The notes below the pieces were generated by a model that saw only the letters and a program-made list of their open reading frames with translations, searched no databases and was not told the origin of the DNA. DNA of 64,000 nt, taken from the human T2T-CHM13v2.0 reference genome, Homo sapiens. The translations under genes and the position numbers were made by a program. Shown in pieces: positions 61,979 through 64,000 of this stretch; position 1 is the first letter of the stretch, and the number at the start of each line of letters is the position of its first letter. The stretch lies in assembly GCF_009914755.1 (NCBI RefSeq), contig NC_060929.1. The stretch is one strand, 5' to 3'.

Positions 61979-64000
61979 AACTTTCTTGTACTTACTTAAA
62001 TAGTGATATCTTTGCCTAAGCTTGAAAAGTTTTCTGTTATTATCCCTTTGAATAAACTGTCTATCCCTATCTCTCTACATTCTCTTTAAGGCCAATAACT
62101 CTTAGATTTGCCCTTTTGAGGCTATTTTCTAGATCCTCTAGGTGTGCTTCATTGATTTTTATTCTTTTTTCTTTTGTTTCCTCTGTGTGTATGTTTTCAA
62201 ATACCATGTCTGCAAGCTCACTAAATCTTTCTTCTGTTTGATCTATTCTGCTCTCAAGAGACTGATACATCCTTCAGCATGTCAATTTTTCAACTCCAGT
62301 ATTTCTGCTTGATTCTTTTAAATTATTCAAGCTTCAGTAAATTTATCTGATAGAATTCTGAATTCCTTCTCTATGTAATCTTGCATTTTGTTGATTTTTC
62401 TCAAAGCAGCTATTTTGAATTTCCTGTATGAAAGGTTACATATTTCTGTCTCTCCAAAATTGGTTCCTAGATGCCTTATTTAGTTCATTTGGTAAGGTCA
62501 TGTTTTCCTAGATGGTCTTGATATTCATAGGTGTTTCTCTGTGTCTGGGCATTGAAGATTTAGGTATTTATTTAAGTCTTTGCACTCCGGGCTTGTTGGT
62601 ACCAGTCTTTTTTGAGAAGGCTTTCCAGGTATTTGAATTGGCTTGGGTTTTTTGGCCTAAGTTTTTGGTTACTGCAGCTGTGTCTGGATTAGGGGACACC
62701 CCAAGCCCAGTAATGCAGTGATTCTTCAAGACTTGCAGAGCAACCACATTGATGTTCTTGGGTGATATTTGGACAAATTATCTGGATTATCAGACAGAGA
62801 CTCTTGTTCTCTTTTCCTACATTCTCCCAAACAAATGCAGTCTCCCTCTCTGTACTGAGATGCCTAGAGCTGGGGTTGGGGTGACATAAGCACCCCTGTG
62901 GCCACCACCACTGGGATTGCACTGGGTCAGACCTGAAACCAGCAGAGCACTGGTCCCCTCCCAAGGCCCCCTATAACTACTACCTGGCTAGTGCTTATGT
63001 TTGCTCATGGTTCTAGGACTCCACAATCAGCAGGTTGTAAAGCCATACAGGCTAGTGTCCTTCCTTTCAGGGTGGTGAGTTTCTCCAGGAAATCTTAGAA
63101 ATCTACCTAGTACTCTATTCAACTAAAGCTGAGCTGGCACCCTAACCACAGATACTCCTTCCTTCTCTTTCCTCCTCTTTCCGTAGGCAGATGAGTCTCT
63201 CCTCATGACCACCACCACAACTGGCCTGTGAGGAGTACTGCCAGGCTACCACTGCCTAAGTGCTCTTCAGTCAGCTTGTGGTAAATCCTCCCACTCCTTG
63301 GACTCACCCTTCAGGGCAATGGACTCCCACTGGCCCTGGGTAGGTCTAGACATGCCATCCAAGAGCCAAGGCCTGGAATTGAGGACTGCAAGAACCCACT
63401 TAGTACTGTATCCCATTGCAGCAAAGTTGGTACCTAAGCTGATTTTTGGTTCTTATGAAGATGCCTTTTTTGTGTAGATATTTGTAAATTTGGTGTTCCT
63501 AATGGGAAAGTGATCTGTGGAAGTTTCTATGCAGCTCTCTTGCTTGACCTCCTTTATGCTGATAATTTTTTAACGACTTTCTGTGTTAAAGAAAACTATC
63601 TTTCTTAACTGATATGACATAAGATATAATTCCAGAGAACCACATCATTTTATGGGCTTCTTATACAACTCTACTGAAAGTGGACTGCAATAGTAATGCA
63701 ACAGTGTCTTTCTTACTATAGTTTCATATGATTTCTAGTATCTGAAATGGTAAATCATCACCACCAATTTATCCTGTTCAGAAGCACTCCTATTTCTTTT
63801 CCGCATAATATTTATAATTGGAATATCAATTTCTATGTAAACTTCTACTGGGATTTTGAATGGAATTCCATTAAATCTATAGGTCAACTATGAGATAATT
63901 AGTACTTTTAGAGTATTAAATCTTTTTACTCATTAATATTTTGCAGTTCTGTAATGTTCCTTTATAGAATATAATGGATTTTTTCATAAAATTATTGTAC

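Overview
AT-rich primate genomic DNA, most likely human given an Alu with all five AluYa5 diagnostic bases. Most of the window is interspersed repeats: about 20 Alus, several generations of L1, solo LTRs (two LTR12/ERV9, THE1, MLT1/MLT2, LTR10 and others), a full THE1 element, a decayed ERV-L internal region, a ~13 kb decayed ERV1 provirus carrying nested insertions, and Tigger/hAT DNA transposon relics. I find no credible protein-coding gene, RNA gene or novel multi-gene system. The ORFs I could assign derive from Alu, L1, LTR or Tigger sequence; the rest look like chance. The most interesting signals are structural: (1) a ~380-nt polyadenylated non-repeat retrocopy at an L1-endonuclease site that was hit twice (three copies of one TSD); (2) a young, tail-less, TSD-less 1.7-kb internal L1PA ORF2 fragment lodged antisense inside an older L1; (3) several fold-back/template-switch scars, including a 63-bp-arm inverted repeat and an exact 34-bp copy from 3.3 kb away; (4) an LTR10 with a tandem AP-1 array; (5) a strong minus-strand bias of retroelements. 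Subfamily names come from remembered consensus sequences, boundaries are hand-read, and both should be confirmed with RepeatMasker/Dfam.
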